IMG/VR virus record: IMGVR_UViG_3300027785_001015
Location: 1-30,724 of that record
Length of the DNA: 30,724 nucleotides
Direction: 5' to 3' (one strand)
DNA from: a virus
Lineage: Duplodnaviria > Caudoviricetes
In this document: positions 15,839-24,886 of the stretch, in pieces
Layout: each line of letters begins with the position of its first letter
How positions within the stretch are numbered: the stretch's first letter is position 1
The notes under the pieces: model-generated
What the model saw: the letters and a program-made list of their open reading frames with translations, nothing else
What the model was told of the DNA's origin: nothing
The model's database searches: none
Made by a program: the position numbers and the translations under genes

Positions 15839-16124
15839 ACGCGCACGGTCACTTGACCCAGAAACCAGCCACGCCGCAGCCGACCAAGTCAGCTTTGCTA
15901 ACCAGCACTTTGACAAGATCGTGGATTGTCTCCAGCGTTTTGGCGCTCGGGGCAAGGACGGCATTGCAGAGCTGACCGGCTTGGACGGCAATCAGGTAGC
16001 CAGGCGGTTACCTGAGATGGCTAGGCTTGGCATGGTTGAGCTAACTGGCAAGACCACCAAGTCAAAGTCTGGTAGGGCAGAGCGTGAATGGCGTTTTGTG
16101 CCTATTCAAAGGGAATTAATATGA
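15822..16124 (+). CDS. Winged-helix DNA-binding protein
   Basis: ARSLDPETSHAAA N-terminus; HTH IAELTGLDGNQVARRLPEMARLGMVE followed by a wing. Confidence 0.7.
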   Translation: MTYLFKRARSLDPETSHAAADQVSFANQHFDKIVDCLQRFGARGKDGIAELTGLDGNQVARRLPEMARLGMVELTGKTTKSKSGRAEREWRFVPIQRELI

Positions 16125-16747
16125 GCTACCTTGTTGCGTCATTACCGCCCTTACAGTGCTTTATTAAGGCTGAGTTTCTATACAACCACACCAAAGGGCA
16201 TGGCGAGCTTGTGCCTTGCGTGTGGGTCAGTCTTAAAGCCATCAGAGGCCAAGTTTTTAGGATTGAGTCGCTATTGACCGAATACGGTGCTTTGTACGAC
16301 AAGCTGCCCATCCACGCTTATGTGTGGAAAGAGGGCGCTAGTGACCTGCCTGTGGACATTCTGCAATTGTGGGACTGCATGGGTTACAGGTTCACCATTG
16401 TTGAGAAGATTGGCCTGCGTAATCTGGGCGTTAAGTTTCTTGGCAAGGACAAGCAGTGGCACTTTGGGACATACCTGTTCACCGTGGACTTTTGCGCTGA
16501 TGGGCAAGACCTTGACACCGGCTTTACTGAGACCGCCGAGGAACACAAGTCTTTTAATTTCATACGTTTAGACAATGGTCAGTTTGCCGCCCAGCCCAAC
16601 AACCGATGCCTGTGGTATGACCAAAGCCTGATTCAACAGGTTAAGTTTCCTGATTTCCAAGCAGCGCAAACCATTTACTCAGTCGATGGCACACGCAAGT
16701 GGACAGCAGGGGACGATTGGTTTTATTCAATCAATGAAAATGATTAG
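16121..16747 (+). CDS. Conserved phage protein of unknown function
   Basis: YDKLPIHAY, LQLWDC, YLFTVD, EHKSFN and NGQFAAQPNNR; ATG 16121 overlaps the upstream TGA. Confidence 0.7.
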   Translation: MSYLVASLPPLQCFIKAEFLYNHTKGHGELVPCVWVSLKAIRGQVFRIESLLTEYGALYDKLPIHAYVWKEGASDLPVDILQLWDCMGYRFTIVEKIGLRNLGVKFLGKDKQWHFGTYLFTVDFCADGQDLDTGFTETAEEHKSFNFIRLDNGQFAAQPNNRCLWYDQSLIQQVKFPDFQAAQTIYSVDGTRKWTAGDDWFYSINEND

Positions 16748-16913
16748 CTGGATTGTTTTGTTTGTGGCAATGGCGGTCTGCTTAACACCGCCAAAGCCGC
16801 CGACCGTGGCTGATTTGATGTATAAAGCCAAATACAAGTCTGTTAGCAAAGTCTGTAAAAAGCCCCGCAAGACCAAAGCCGTAAAGGAGCTGTGCAAACG
16901 ATGGGAGAAGTAA
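16734..16913 (+). CDS. Small signal-anchored basic protein
   Basis: MISWIVLFVAMAVC hydrophobic N-terminus followed by a Lys-rich tail; start at 16734 or 16740. Confidence 0.5.
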   Translation: MKMISWIVLFVAMAVCLTPPKPPTVADLMYKAKYKSVSKVCKKPRKTKAVKELCKRWEK

Positions 16914-16996
16914 TCATTACCATTTTGGTCATGGCGGTCGGCGCATTTATTGGCATTGGCGGGATTGTCTTGCTGCTTTACATCTTTGCAGATTAG
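16901..16996 (+). CDS. 31-aa membrane peptide (not in ORF track)
   Basis: MGEVIITILVMAVGAFIGIGGIVLLLYIFAD; AAGGAG upstream; converges on the endolysin stop. Confidence 0.5.
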   Translation: MGEVIITILVMAVGAFIGIGGIVLLLYIFAD

Positions 16997-17331
16997 ACGT
17001 TACGCTCAAAGTGTGGGCAGTCCACCAGGTTGGAAAAATAACCGCCCCACCGATTTTTTGGGTGCAATGATTCCCAATAAATGCCCAGCGGCTCAATGAT
17101 CTTTCTATTCCAAACAATCTTGCCATCCTTAAAAAAGTTTAGATCAATGGCGCAGCGTTTTAGGTGGATGCTGTTCATTGTCTTGGATCGACCTGTTTTG
17201 ACGTAAATAGCCTGCTGTTCGGGTGTGCGGGTAAGCTCACCACCAGTGACCATAAAACCCTGCTCAGTGGCGTACTGGATCAGTTTGCAGGCATCCAATA
17301 GAAAAGCCGCTTGTTCTGTGCTTAGGCTCAT
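16993..17331 (-). CDS. Endolysin, M15-family peptidase
   Basis: RTPEQQ, SIHLKRCAIDL (SxH...D), WGG and DCPHFE. Confidence 0.88.
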   Translation of the reverse strand: MSLSTEQAAFLLDACKLIQYATEQGFMVTGGELTRTPEQQAIYVKTGRSKTMNSIHLKRCAIDLNFFKDGKIVWNRKIIEPLGIYWESLHPKNRWGGYFSNLVDCPHFERNV

Positions 17332-17558
17332 TTTTGTTCTCCATCTGTTTCGCCGTGCGACAGTTTTACGCCAGCAAGTAAGCCAATAAAGCCACCCACA
17401 ATGGTTTGAAATGCTGGGCTAATCAATTTAAATATTTCTGCGTTGTCAACCTTGTCGTCAAATAAGCCAGCCATTAAAACGCCTACCATGCCAACAACAA
17501 CAATGCACAGGGTAAAGCTCACCATCAGGGTCACAAAAAAAGTTAGCTTTGCTTTCAT
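17328..17558 (-). CDS. Two-TM membrane protein of the lysis cassette
   Basis: Two hydrophobic segments; PAFQTIVGGFIGLLAG. Confidence 0.6.
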   Translation of the reverse strand: MKAKLTFFVTLMVSFTLCIVVVGMVGVLMAGLFDDKVDNAEIFKLISPAFQTIVGGFIGLLAGVKLSHGETDGEQK

Positions 17559-18064
17559 TTCTTTCTCATTTCTGCAAGTTTCTCAACCGTGCGACCGCCA
17601 AAGTAAGCGCCCATGATCAGCATTCCCCAGTTACCCAACAAGGTCACATAGCTTTCATTTGCGTTTAGACCATAGGCAGACATCATGGCAAACAAGAAGT
17701 AGCCCAAGAAGATGGCTATAAGGCTCATAGGGCGTATGTTTTTGGACAGCCAAGAGTCACTGGACATATCTGCTTCCCAGCGGTCTGTGATGTTGTCAGC
17801 ATCGTTCTGGGCGGCTTTTGCAAGCAAATCCAGTTCAGCCAATTCCATCTTGGCTTTTTCAATGCCCAGCTCTAGCAACCTTTCCTCGTGGTCAAACTGA
17901 AGCTGGCGCAGCTTGGCAACGTCTTCAGAGGTTGGTGCGTCAGGTATTTTCACGCCTAACGTCTTTTCGACTACGTCTTTGCCCTTGGCTTGGATGGCGC
18001 TGGACAGCAACCCCAAACCGTTTTCGGCTAGTGTGCCAAGCAATGATGCAAGTATTGGGAGCAT
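17555..18064 (-). CDS. Holin, GTA 3TM-type
   Basis: DMSSDSWLSKNIRP...two TM segments...AYFGGRTVEK. Confidence 0.75.
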   Translation of the reverse strand: MLPILASLLGTLAENGLGLLSSAIQAKGKDVVEKTLGVKIPDAPTSEDVAKLRQLQFDHEERLLELGIEKAKMELAELDLLAKAAQNDADNITDRWEADMSSDSWLSKNIRPMSLIAIFLGYFLFAMMSAYGLNANESYVTLLGNWGMLIMGAYFGGRTVEKLAEMRKK

Positions 18065-18345
18065 TATTTTTCCTTTGCTTTGTCAATCAATTTCTGGACA
18101 GCTTTTTGCTGTTGTTTGTTTTCTTGCTGAACAACAAGCATATCAAAATACATTGATGCCATCAAATACAAGAACAGCGGCAAAATCAGCATTATCACAA
18201 CCAAACAAATTAAAAAAACTACTTGTCCATGCTCATTTGTTTTATCGACCACAGCATCAGGTGGAGGTATATAGTAACTGTCAGAACTGCTGCGATTATT
18301 AGCGCCTTGTCTTGTAGATTGCTTATTGTTCTTTTGCGTTGCCAT
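18064..18345 (-). CDS. Single-pass membrane protein
   Basis: Long hydrophobic stretch followed by a coiled coil; 5' end overlaps the upstream gene by 127 nt. Confidence 0.55.
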   Translation of the reverse strand: MATQKNNKQSTRQGANNRSSSDSYYIPPPDAVVDKTNEHGQVVFLICLVVIMLILPLFLYLMASMYFDMLVVQQENKQQQKAVQKLIDKAKEK

Positions 18346-18749
18346 TTGAGTTGTAACTCCGCTTGACGTTCCAGTTCAATCTGTTTTTCGTTTTCCTCGT
18401 TTAGTTTTTTATATTCTTCTTCAAACCGTGACCAGACTGCACCTAGTGCTGGGTCTGTGTGATAGATCAAAAACTCTCGCAATTCTACTGACTCTCGTTC
18501 TAATTCAATCTGGTGAAACACATTCTCAAGAGCCTGTGCTTTCATTGACTTGGTTTTTGGCGGGTCAAGCTCTTGGCGCTTAACTTCTTTTTTTATCTCT
18601 TCATGCGAGTCAAAGAATTGTCCAATAAATCCAGATATTTCCTTGGTTATCTTGTAAAGGTCTGTTCCTGCGGCTTTGGCATCCTTGTACAGAGCCACAC
18701 CTTGCTTAATTCCAGCAATTGCAGCCAGTGCCAATGTGATAGGTTCAAT
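18219..18749 (-). CDS. Coiled-coil protein with C-terminal TM; probable ATT start (MEPITLALAAI)
   Basis: The frame extends from TTG 18734 to ATT 18749, directly after the upstream TAA. Confidence 0.65.
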   Translation of the reverse strand: MEPITLALAAIAGIKQGVALYKDAKAAGTDLYKITKEISGFIGQFFDSHEEIKKEVKRQELDPPKTKSMKAQALENVFHQIELERESVELREFLIYHTDPALGAVWSRFEEEYKKLNEENEKQIELERQAELQLKWQRKRTISNLQDKALIIAAVLTVTIYLHLMLWSIKQMSMDK

Positions 18750-18941
18750 TTACAGCCCCAAGAGTTTCTTAACCATTTCAGCGGCAAAGCCTGGCCCGAG
18801 CAACACAGTGGCAATGACAATGTAGATCAAGTACTCAATCCGAGTCATGCGAGCTTTGCCGGACTCCAGCTTCTCTTCGATGTTCTTGTATCGCTCATCG
18901 CAAGATGCTTGGTGCGCGTAGAAGTCTGTCTCTAGGCTCAT
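18750..18941 (-). CDS. Small coiled-coil plus TM protein of the lysis region
   Basis: HQASCDERYKNIEEKL...RMTRIEYLIYIVIATVLLGPG. Confidence 0.7.
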   Translation of the reverse strand: MSLETDFYAHQASCDERYKNIEEKLESGKARMTRIEYLIYIVIATVLLGPGFAAEMVKKLLGL

Positions 18942-19057
18942 CCTGTCACCTCATCCGCTGGCTCTGGTGTGTTGCCTCTGCAAGCCACTTTAGGTAGGCT
19001 TAATATAGTGACAACGCCACCGCCACTGGTTGTAACTGCTGTTATTGTTAAAGCCAT
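18938..19057 (-). pseudogene. 39-codon chimeric remnant of a tail-fibre assembly gene
   Basis: AYLKWLAE (18999-18976) and GNTPEPADE lie in different frames, one G short of the common AYLKWLAEGNTPEPAD motif. Confidence 0.55.
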
Positions 19058-19058
19058 G

Positions 19059-19235
19059 TTAGATTCCTAATGCTTGTTTTATTGCCAAAAGTGGTAATTC
19101 AATTACTGGTCTAGCCGCAATTATTGCATCAGCTTCGTCTTGCGTAACGGGGGTTTTATCACCTATTAAATGATCTTGTGAACCATCTAACTCGTAAGCA
19201 AAAATTTGATTGTCTTGTGTTTTAAACAGTTTCAT
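19059..19235 (-). CDS. Short tail-fibre assembly-like protein
   Basis: MKLFKTQDNQIFAYELDGSQDHLI...TQDEADAI; TAATG coupling to the fibre gene. Confidence 0.6.
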   Translation of the reverse strand: MKLFKTQDNQIFAYELDGSQDHLIGDKTPVTQDEADAIIAARPVIELPLLAIKQALGI

Positions 19236-20050
19236 TATCTTAACTCCGCCCAAGTTACTAAAGTTAATGTGCCACTATTTGTAAGGGTTACGTAAGTTGC
19301 GCCATCAGGAACAATTAAAGAAAATCCTGAACCATTCCCAATTTCTGAACCATTACAGAAAACTGCTGTTCCATTGATGGTTAATCCTTGCACGGTTGAA
19401 GCTAAATTACAAGTGTATGTAATAGCAACCGTTATAGGTTTGCCAGTTGAATTTGTGTATGTAGTTCCAATGGCTCTTGAGCCAGTAACAATTTGCCAAG
19501 TTTGATTTACCCCAAGACCAGCATTTAAAGAGTTAGCTGTGCCAGTAATGTTTGTTCCTACAAGGGCTGTTGGAGTACCAAGAGCAGGAGTTACCAAGGT
19601 TGGGCTAGTCGCCAGCACGTTGTTGCCTGTGCCTGTATTAGTGACGCTTACAAGCCCCTTAGATGCGTCTGTTGCCACCGCGCTTGAGGCGGTCAGGCTA
19701 GAGTAAATGGGCGCGGCGCTAAATGTTGCAACGCCGGTAACGCCAAGAGTACCCGCTACATTGGCGTTTGTACCCACATACAGCGCCTTAGCCACACCCA
19801 CACCACCAGCCGTAATGATTGAGCCTGTACCCGTGCTAGAGGAGTCTGTGACCAGTGTGGAGGAGATACCCGCCGCAAACGGTATACGAGCCGTTGTAGC
19901 CGTCTGACCGTCCTTAGTGATAGCCGTGGACAGACCTGTTGCCAAATCCGCTGTGAGGGCGTTAAAGGCGGTCGAGGATATGACCGTGCCTGCAACTACT
20001 GGTTGCCCAGAAGTGTTTATTTGGAATGTTCCGCTGCCGTTGTAACTCAT
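19235..20050 (-). CDS. Tail fibre
   Basis: Anchor MSYNGSGTF...DLATGLSTAITKDGQT; C-terminal GLGVNQTWQIVTGSRAIGTTYTNSTGKPI...IVPDGATY...WAELR. Confidence 0.8.
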   Translation of the reverse strand: MSYNGSGTFQINTSGQPVVAGTVISSTAFNALTADLATGLSTAITKDGQTATTARIPFAAGISSTLVTDSSSTGTGSIITAGGVGVAKALYVGTNANVAGTLGVTGVATFSAAPIYSSLTASSAVATDASKGLVSVTNTGTGNNVLATSPTLVTPALGTPTALVGTNITGTANSLNAGLGVNQTWQIVTGSRAIGTTYTNSTGKPITVAITYTCNLASTVQGLTINGTAVFCNGSEIGNGSGFSLIVPDGATYVTLTNSGTLTLVTWAELR

Positions 20051-21852
20051 TTTTTACCTTTCAAAGCTTCAGCAAGTGCATCGTATTTTGTGGATTCTTC
20101 GACTTGTTTTTTGACTTCTCTGTTTTTCATAAAATCTTTTGCAAATTTTGGTGCAATTGAATTTGTTAAGCTATCCAAATACCTTGTAATCACGCTGCCA
20201 GTGTTAGAGTAGTTAACCGAACCAGGCGGCTTGACCAAAGCATCTTTTAAAGTATCTCGCAAGTCTATTAATGTCTGACGGCCTTGTTTCCCAAACATAT
20301 AAACAAGTTTTTCTTCGCTATCCAAAGTGTCAATTGTTGTTTTTAGTTTAGCAAATGAAAGTTGATCGCTTGCATTTTTAGTGAGTTGGTCTTTCATGTA
20401 TTGAATAGTTTGACCTTGCAGCTCGGCATACGCTTGTTGACCTTGTGGCCCACCTTTTTTTAACAACTTGGTGACAGTCCGCATTTCTTCCAAGCTTCCA
20501 TCAAGGACAACATGGGAAAACACATCATCTAACGCCACAGCACGGTCTGCATAGCCGCCCTTAGTGCCAAGCAATTTAGCCACGCGGTAAGTGTTTTCAA
20601 AGTCATTTGCAAGCTCTTTGCGTTGCGTTCTGGCGGCGCGGTACAAGTCCCCGCCAGCGCCCTCAGTCATGTCGTTGATAACGTCTTTAACTTGCCTCAT
20701 AAACAAACCAGATGGCTTACCAGCCTCTCCCAATTGACCCGCAGATTTATACAATTGATCTAAATCATCAATGGTAACTTGACCATTTTTGAGTTTTTTA
20801 AGCTGTTCTAACTTTGCTCCAATAGTGTTAATCGCAGAAACAGAAAGAGCTTCGGGCGCATTAGTTTCTAACCATTGCTCCAAAAGTTGAGTGCTTACTA
20901 CTTGTTTAGTTTCGCCAGCATTTCGAGCTGCTTGATAGGCATTGTCCACTTTAAGGGTTTTGGCCTCAAATAGTTTGACCATTTCTTTATCAACAACAGT
21001 GCCAATACTTCTCAAATTTGTATCCACAGGCGCAATCTTTGTTCCTGTTTGTTCTGCTAAATCTTCAAACCGCTGCAAAATCTTTTGTTTTTGAGTTTGC
21101 TTAAATTCAGTTAAACCTTTTGCCAATTCTGGGTTTTCTTTTGGCAAATCAGATTCGCGTTTCAAAAGCCCAAAATCTTGCAATTGCTCGCCCTTGAGCA
21201 AAGGAATATTCTGCTGCAAGGCTCGTTCTTGGCGTACTAAAGCTGGGTTTGTTGATGCTGCACCCATACCCACCATTTGCGGGTTTTGCGGCTGTAAAAG
21301 CGCAGCCATGCGTTGCTGGGTGGATACCGCAGCCGGTGCAACAATGTTTCTCATCTGACCGCCAGCCGCTGGCGCTAAAACAGATAATTTATTACCCAAC
21401 GCTCCATAGGTTGGTGGTAAAGCACTCAAAGCCTTGCCTAGCTGATTGACAATATCAGGGCCGGTTTCTGTGCGCGGTTGGTAAAACTGTTGGCTGGTTA
21501 CTTGGGCGGCTTTTTGCCCCATCTCTTTGCCCTGTGGTGTGCCATAACCGCCATACGCCTCGCCAACCACTCTAGCAATAGGCGCAGTTACCATGCGACC
21601 AACTTCACCAGCCACGATTGCAGGCGTTTCAACTAAACCCATCAGGCGGTCTTGCATGGATACCGGCTTGGGCTGCATTGTGATTACATTTGCAGCGCCA
21701 GGTATGTCTGCACCCACTAACCCCAATTGCTTGTAAAACTGCGGCTTTGGAATATCAGCATAATATTTAGAATGCAACGCATCAGCCAATGCCGCATCTG
21801 GCATATCGTTATACGCCGGATTTTGTGTGCGAAATTCAGCAAGTGTTGCCAT
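20047..21852 (-). CDS. Probable internal virion/DNA ejection protein
   Basis: 601 aa helical, Gln/Ala/Gly-rich, with N-terminal EFRTQNPAYNDMPDAALADALHSKYY motif; position matches P22 gp16/20-type genes. Confidence 0.6.
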   Translation of the reverse strand: MATLAEFRTQNPAYNDMPDAALADALHSKYYADIPKPQFYKQLGLVGADIPGAANVITMQPKPVSMQDRLMGLVETPAIVAGEVGRMVTAPIARVVGEAYGGYGTPQGKEMGQKAAQVTSQQFYQPRTETGPDIVNQLGKALSALPPTYGALGNKLSVLAPAAGGQMRNIVAPAAVSTQQRMAALLQPQNPQMVGMGAASTNPALVRQERALQQNIPLLKGEQLQDFGLLKRESDLPKENPELAKGLTEFKQTQKQKILQRFEDLAEQTGTKIAPVDTNLRSIGTVVDKEMVKLFEAKTLKVDNAYQAARNAGETKQVVSTQLLEQWLETNAPEALSVSAINTIGAKLEQLKKLKNGQVTIDDLDQLYKSAGQLGEAGKPSGLFMRQVKDVINDMTEGAGGDLYRAARTQRKELANDFENTYRVAKLLGTKGGYADRAVALDDVFSHVVLDGSLEEMRTVTKLLKKGGPQGQQAYAELQGQTIQYMKDQLTKNASDQLSFAKLKTTIDTLDSEEKLVYMFGKQGRQTLIDLRDTLKDALVKPPGSVNYSNTGSVITRYLDSLTNSIAPKFAKDFMKNREVKKQVEESTKYDALAEALKGKK

Positions 21853-22604
21853 TATGGTTTCCTTGGTCTTAATCCAAGCGGATCATTTGCAAGATCAGCG
21901 CCGCCTGATGGCGTTCCAAAATCCATTTTTCTTCCATAAGAAGATTCAAGGTTTTGTTTTGATCTACTAAGCAAACCTTCCATTACCTTAACTTGTTCTT
22001 TCATGGCATCTCTGCTTGTCATTGCTCCAGCTATTGTTGCCGGATTGGTAATTTGTGATTCCACAATGCTCATATCAGGGCCAGTTAAAGCGCCAAGCTC
22101 ATACGCATCTTTTAGTCCCATCAACAAAGCTGTGTACTTTGAATTCATTCGCGCAGTGTCAGAACCGACCGGCAATGGAATAGACAAGCCTTGACTTGGC
22201 AATAATGGTATTTCTTTAGGAAAGACCATTAAATCTTTGTCTAACTCAGTTTTGTAATCTATTAAATAACCCTCAAAGTCTTTGAGTTTTTTGGCTTTTG
22301 CACTAAATTCTGTTGGTGGTGTAGCGCCAGTTTGTGAACGTTTTATTTTTTCTGCCGCAATGCGGTTTGCCTCATTTGCAATAAATTCGTTTCGCGCTTT
22401 TGGCGTTAAGCCCGCTGGCGGTTGGCTTGGGACAAGCTCAGGGGCATCAACTTTTGATGGTTGAATCGCTGCGGCTTGTGAGGCCGCTGGTGGAGCGATT
22501 GGCATCACTTGCTGCAAAGGCAAATAAGGCTTTTGCTTGGGCTTTGCGGCGGGCGTAGTAGGCGCAGCGGGCGCATCTACCAATAAGCCTGTGTATTCAG
22601 CCAT
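21852..22604 (-). CDS. Probable internal virion/ejection protein
   Basis: Pro/Ala-rich N-terminus, YELGALTGPD motif and C-terminal NDPLGLR. Confidence 0.55.
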   Translation of the reverse strand: MAEYTGLLVDAPAAPTTPAAKPKQKPYLPLQQVMPIAPPAASQAAAIQPSKVDAPELVPSQPPAGLTPKARNEFIANEANRIAAEKIKRSQTGATPPTEFSAKAKKLKDFEGYLIDYKTELDKDLMVFPKEIPLLPSQGLSIPLPVGSDTARMNSKYTALLMGLKDAYELGALTGPDMSIVESQITNPATIAGAMTSRDAMKEQVKVMEGLLSRSKQNLESSYGRKMDFGTPSGGADLANDPLGLRPRKP

Positions 22605-23813
22605 TTATTTATCCTCCACATGATTTTTGCCATCTGGCGTTTGATAAACAGGTTTGCCGTCTGGCGTAAATTTGCCTGTTGGCATCGCGTTTAATGGCAC
22701 ACCCTTTGGTAATATTGGTTTGACCAAAGGATTTCCAGCTGGAACCAATGGCGTAGGCTCTGGGAATGGTATGCCTTCATAACCAAGTTTGGCTCGGGTT
22801 TCTGCCACTCTCAACATATAGTTGGCAACATCTTGCGGGGTAACCTGACCAGCGGCTTTATTCAATTGTGAACCAACCAAGTTAAGCAATTGCGGATTAT
22901 TTGTTATGTTTGCCGGCAAATTGTTGGACATGATTAACTCAGCCGCAAAGCCTTTATATTGATCAGGTATGCCACCCATTGCCACTAATACATTTTCTGG
23001 GTAAAACCTAGTTTCTGGCATTCCAGTAACTGGATTATTTGTTTTTATTTCACGCAAAGGCGAATCTTTAGGATTTGTATAAATAGGCTTGCCGCCTTGA
23101 AATAAAGTCGCGCCTGGCGAAACGCTTTGGATTTGCCGTGAAGCCGCCAAATCAGCTTGTGCAGCCGCTTGTTTCTGTGCCTCTTGTTGCATCAAGTATT
23201 GAGCCAGCATTTGTTTACCTTGCCCAGTTTTCATGGCAAGAGGATTGGTTGGATTTAACAAATCCGCACTTAACAAAGGCACTTGTCGGCTTGCTCCTCT
23301 TTCCTCAGCAACAGCAGGAATTTCTCTGCCCTCAGTCATGCTTGGCAAATTTGTGATTCTTTCCCTATCTTCTGGGCGCATTAAGTTGTAACCAATTGCT
23401 GCCCTTGCCGCATTTGTTGGATCAGGCGCAATTAAATTTACTAATTCTTGTCTGCGATTTTCGTTTTCTGGAATAGGCACAGGCGGCTCAAATCTAGCCT
23501 CTTGTGCAGGCGTGATTATGTCGCCAAGCACAGTTTCTGTTTTGCCCATATTTCTGAAAAGTCTTGCCGTATCTTCTGACACTTGATTTTCGTAATCTTT
23601 TTCTTCTTTATCTGCTTTGCTGAGATTTTTGCCAGCAATGTAGCCTTGCAATATCTTTGCAAGACCTGCGTAGGGGCTGATTGCCACTCCCGGCATAGTA
23701 GGCATTTCAATTGGAGTAATAGATTGCTGTTGCATTGCCTCAGCCATCCTACGGCGGCGATTCATTGCCTGCTGATCGGCGGTATATGGGGATAAGTTTA
23801 TATCTGCCATCAA
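22605..23813 (-). CDS. Probable internal virion/ejection protein
   Basis: RRRRMAEAMQQQS...SPYAGLAKILQGY N-terminus; lies in the ejection-gene block. Confidence 0.55.
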   Translation of the reverse strand: MMADINLSPYTADQQAMNRRRRMAEAMQQQSITPIEMPTMPGVAISPYAGLAKILQGYIAGKNLSKADKEEKDYENQVSEDTARLFRNMGKTETVLGDIITPAQEARFEPPVPIPENENRRQELVNLIAPDPTNAARAAIGYNLMRPEDRERITNLPSMTEGREIPAVAEERGASRQVPLLSADLLNPTNPLAMKTGQGKQMLAQYLMQQEAQKQAAAQADLAASRQIQSVSPGATLFQGGKPIYTNPKDSPLREIKTNNPVTGMPETRFYPENVLVAMGGIPDQYKGFAAELIMSNNLPANITNNPQLLNLVGSQLNKAAGQVTPQDVANYMLRVAETRAKLGYEGIPFPEPTPLVPAGNPLVKPILPKGVPLNAMPTGKFTPDGKPVYQTPDGKNHVEDK

Positions 23814-24886
23814 AGTCTCCCGTAATTAACCATTAGATAACCGCTTGGGTGCTGGATCACTGCTTCTGGCATTACTTCCATCAGCTCTTGTGCCATCACA
23901 CCAATTTGGCGACCGCCAAAAATATCGTATTCGTAAATTCCAACACCTATTGGGTGTGTGCCAAGTCTTACAATATTTGATTTTAAGCGGCGGTCAGACA
24001 TTGCATACGCCATCATGCCAGCGCCGCCTAAGCTATACAAACCCGCTGTATTAGCATTTTGTGAGGCCACTTGCTGGTTATAAGTATTTTGATCAAATTG
24101 ACCTTGTTGAGCTGTTGCTTGTGCAATTGGAGAAGGTGCAACATTTGAACCCATGTAAGCGCCAAATTGCGGATTTTCAATTTGTGAACTGCTGGTCAAT
24201 GCGTTAATCTCATTCAGCGGCATTTGACGTTGTTGGATTGCTTGCGCCAACATCTGCTGTTGTGCAGTATTGCCAAACTGGCCCTGTTGCAATGCTTGGT
24301 TGAATCCTAGAGCATTTGCGCTCGTATCTAAGTTAATACCTTGTAAAACGGCCTGTGTTCTAGCATCAGTCTCTTGCTGACCCAGCAAGTTAATGGCGTT
24401 GTTGTAAGCCTCTGTGCCTGGTCGCAATCCCTGATTGATTAACTGGGTCTCAGTGCTAACCCGCTGTCTTGCCAAAGATGGCTCAAGTCGTTGCATGATT
24501 GCTTCTTGACCTGTCATGCCCGCATTGACCGGCATCTTGGCTATGCCGCTTGTGTCCAACGATGTCTGAACGTCAGGCCCGCCAAAGCTAAACGGTTTGT
24601 CCAGCACATTAGAAGCTATGCCAGTTCCTTTTTGAGCAAGGTTTGACAATGAAAGATCAACGTTTTGTTGCGCTTCTAAAGACTTTTGCGCGGTTGGAGT
24701 AAGGGTTTGCCGTACTGTTGGAACATCGCCCTCGTAACTTACTAACTGAGTGCCATAGGGCGTGTAAACATTGGGGTTTGATAGCTTTGCCGTAGCCCTT
24801 GCAGACTCAATATTTGCCGCGCCTTGGGCGACTGCTGCGCCCGTGTAATCAGGCGCTGCCGGTGCAGGTGGTGCTTTTTTTCCCAT
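23810..24886 (-). CDS. Virion (pilot/ejection-like) protein with C-terminal S74 intramolecular-chaperone domain
   Basis: MGKKAPPAPAAPDY N-terminus and Gln-rich body; SDRRLKSNI...GVMAQE...PEAV...VNYG. Confidence 0.7.
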   Translation of the reverse strand: MGKKAPPAPAAPDYTGAAVAQGAANIESARATAKLSNPNVYTPYGTQLVSYEGDVPTVRQTLTPTAQKSLEAQQNVDLSLSNLAQKGTGIASNVLDKPFSFGGPDVQTSLDTSGIAKMPVNAGMTGQEAIMQRLEPSLARQRVSTETQLINQGLRPGTEAYNNAINLLGQQETDARTQAVLQGINLDTSANALGFNQALQQGQFGNTAQQQMLAQAIQQRQMPLNEINALTSSSQIENPQFGAYMGSNVAPSPIAQATAQQGQFDQNTYNQQVASQNANTAGLYSLGGAGMMAYAMSDRRLKSNIVRLGTHPIGVGIYEYDIFGGRQIGVMAQELMEVMPEAVIQHPSGYLMVNYGRL

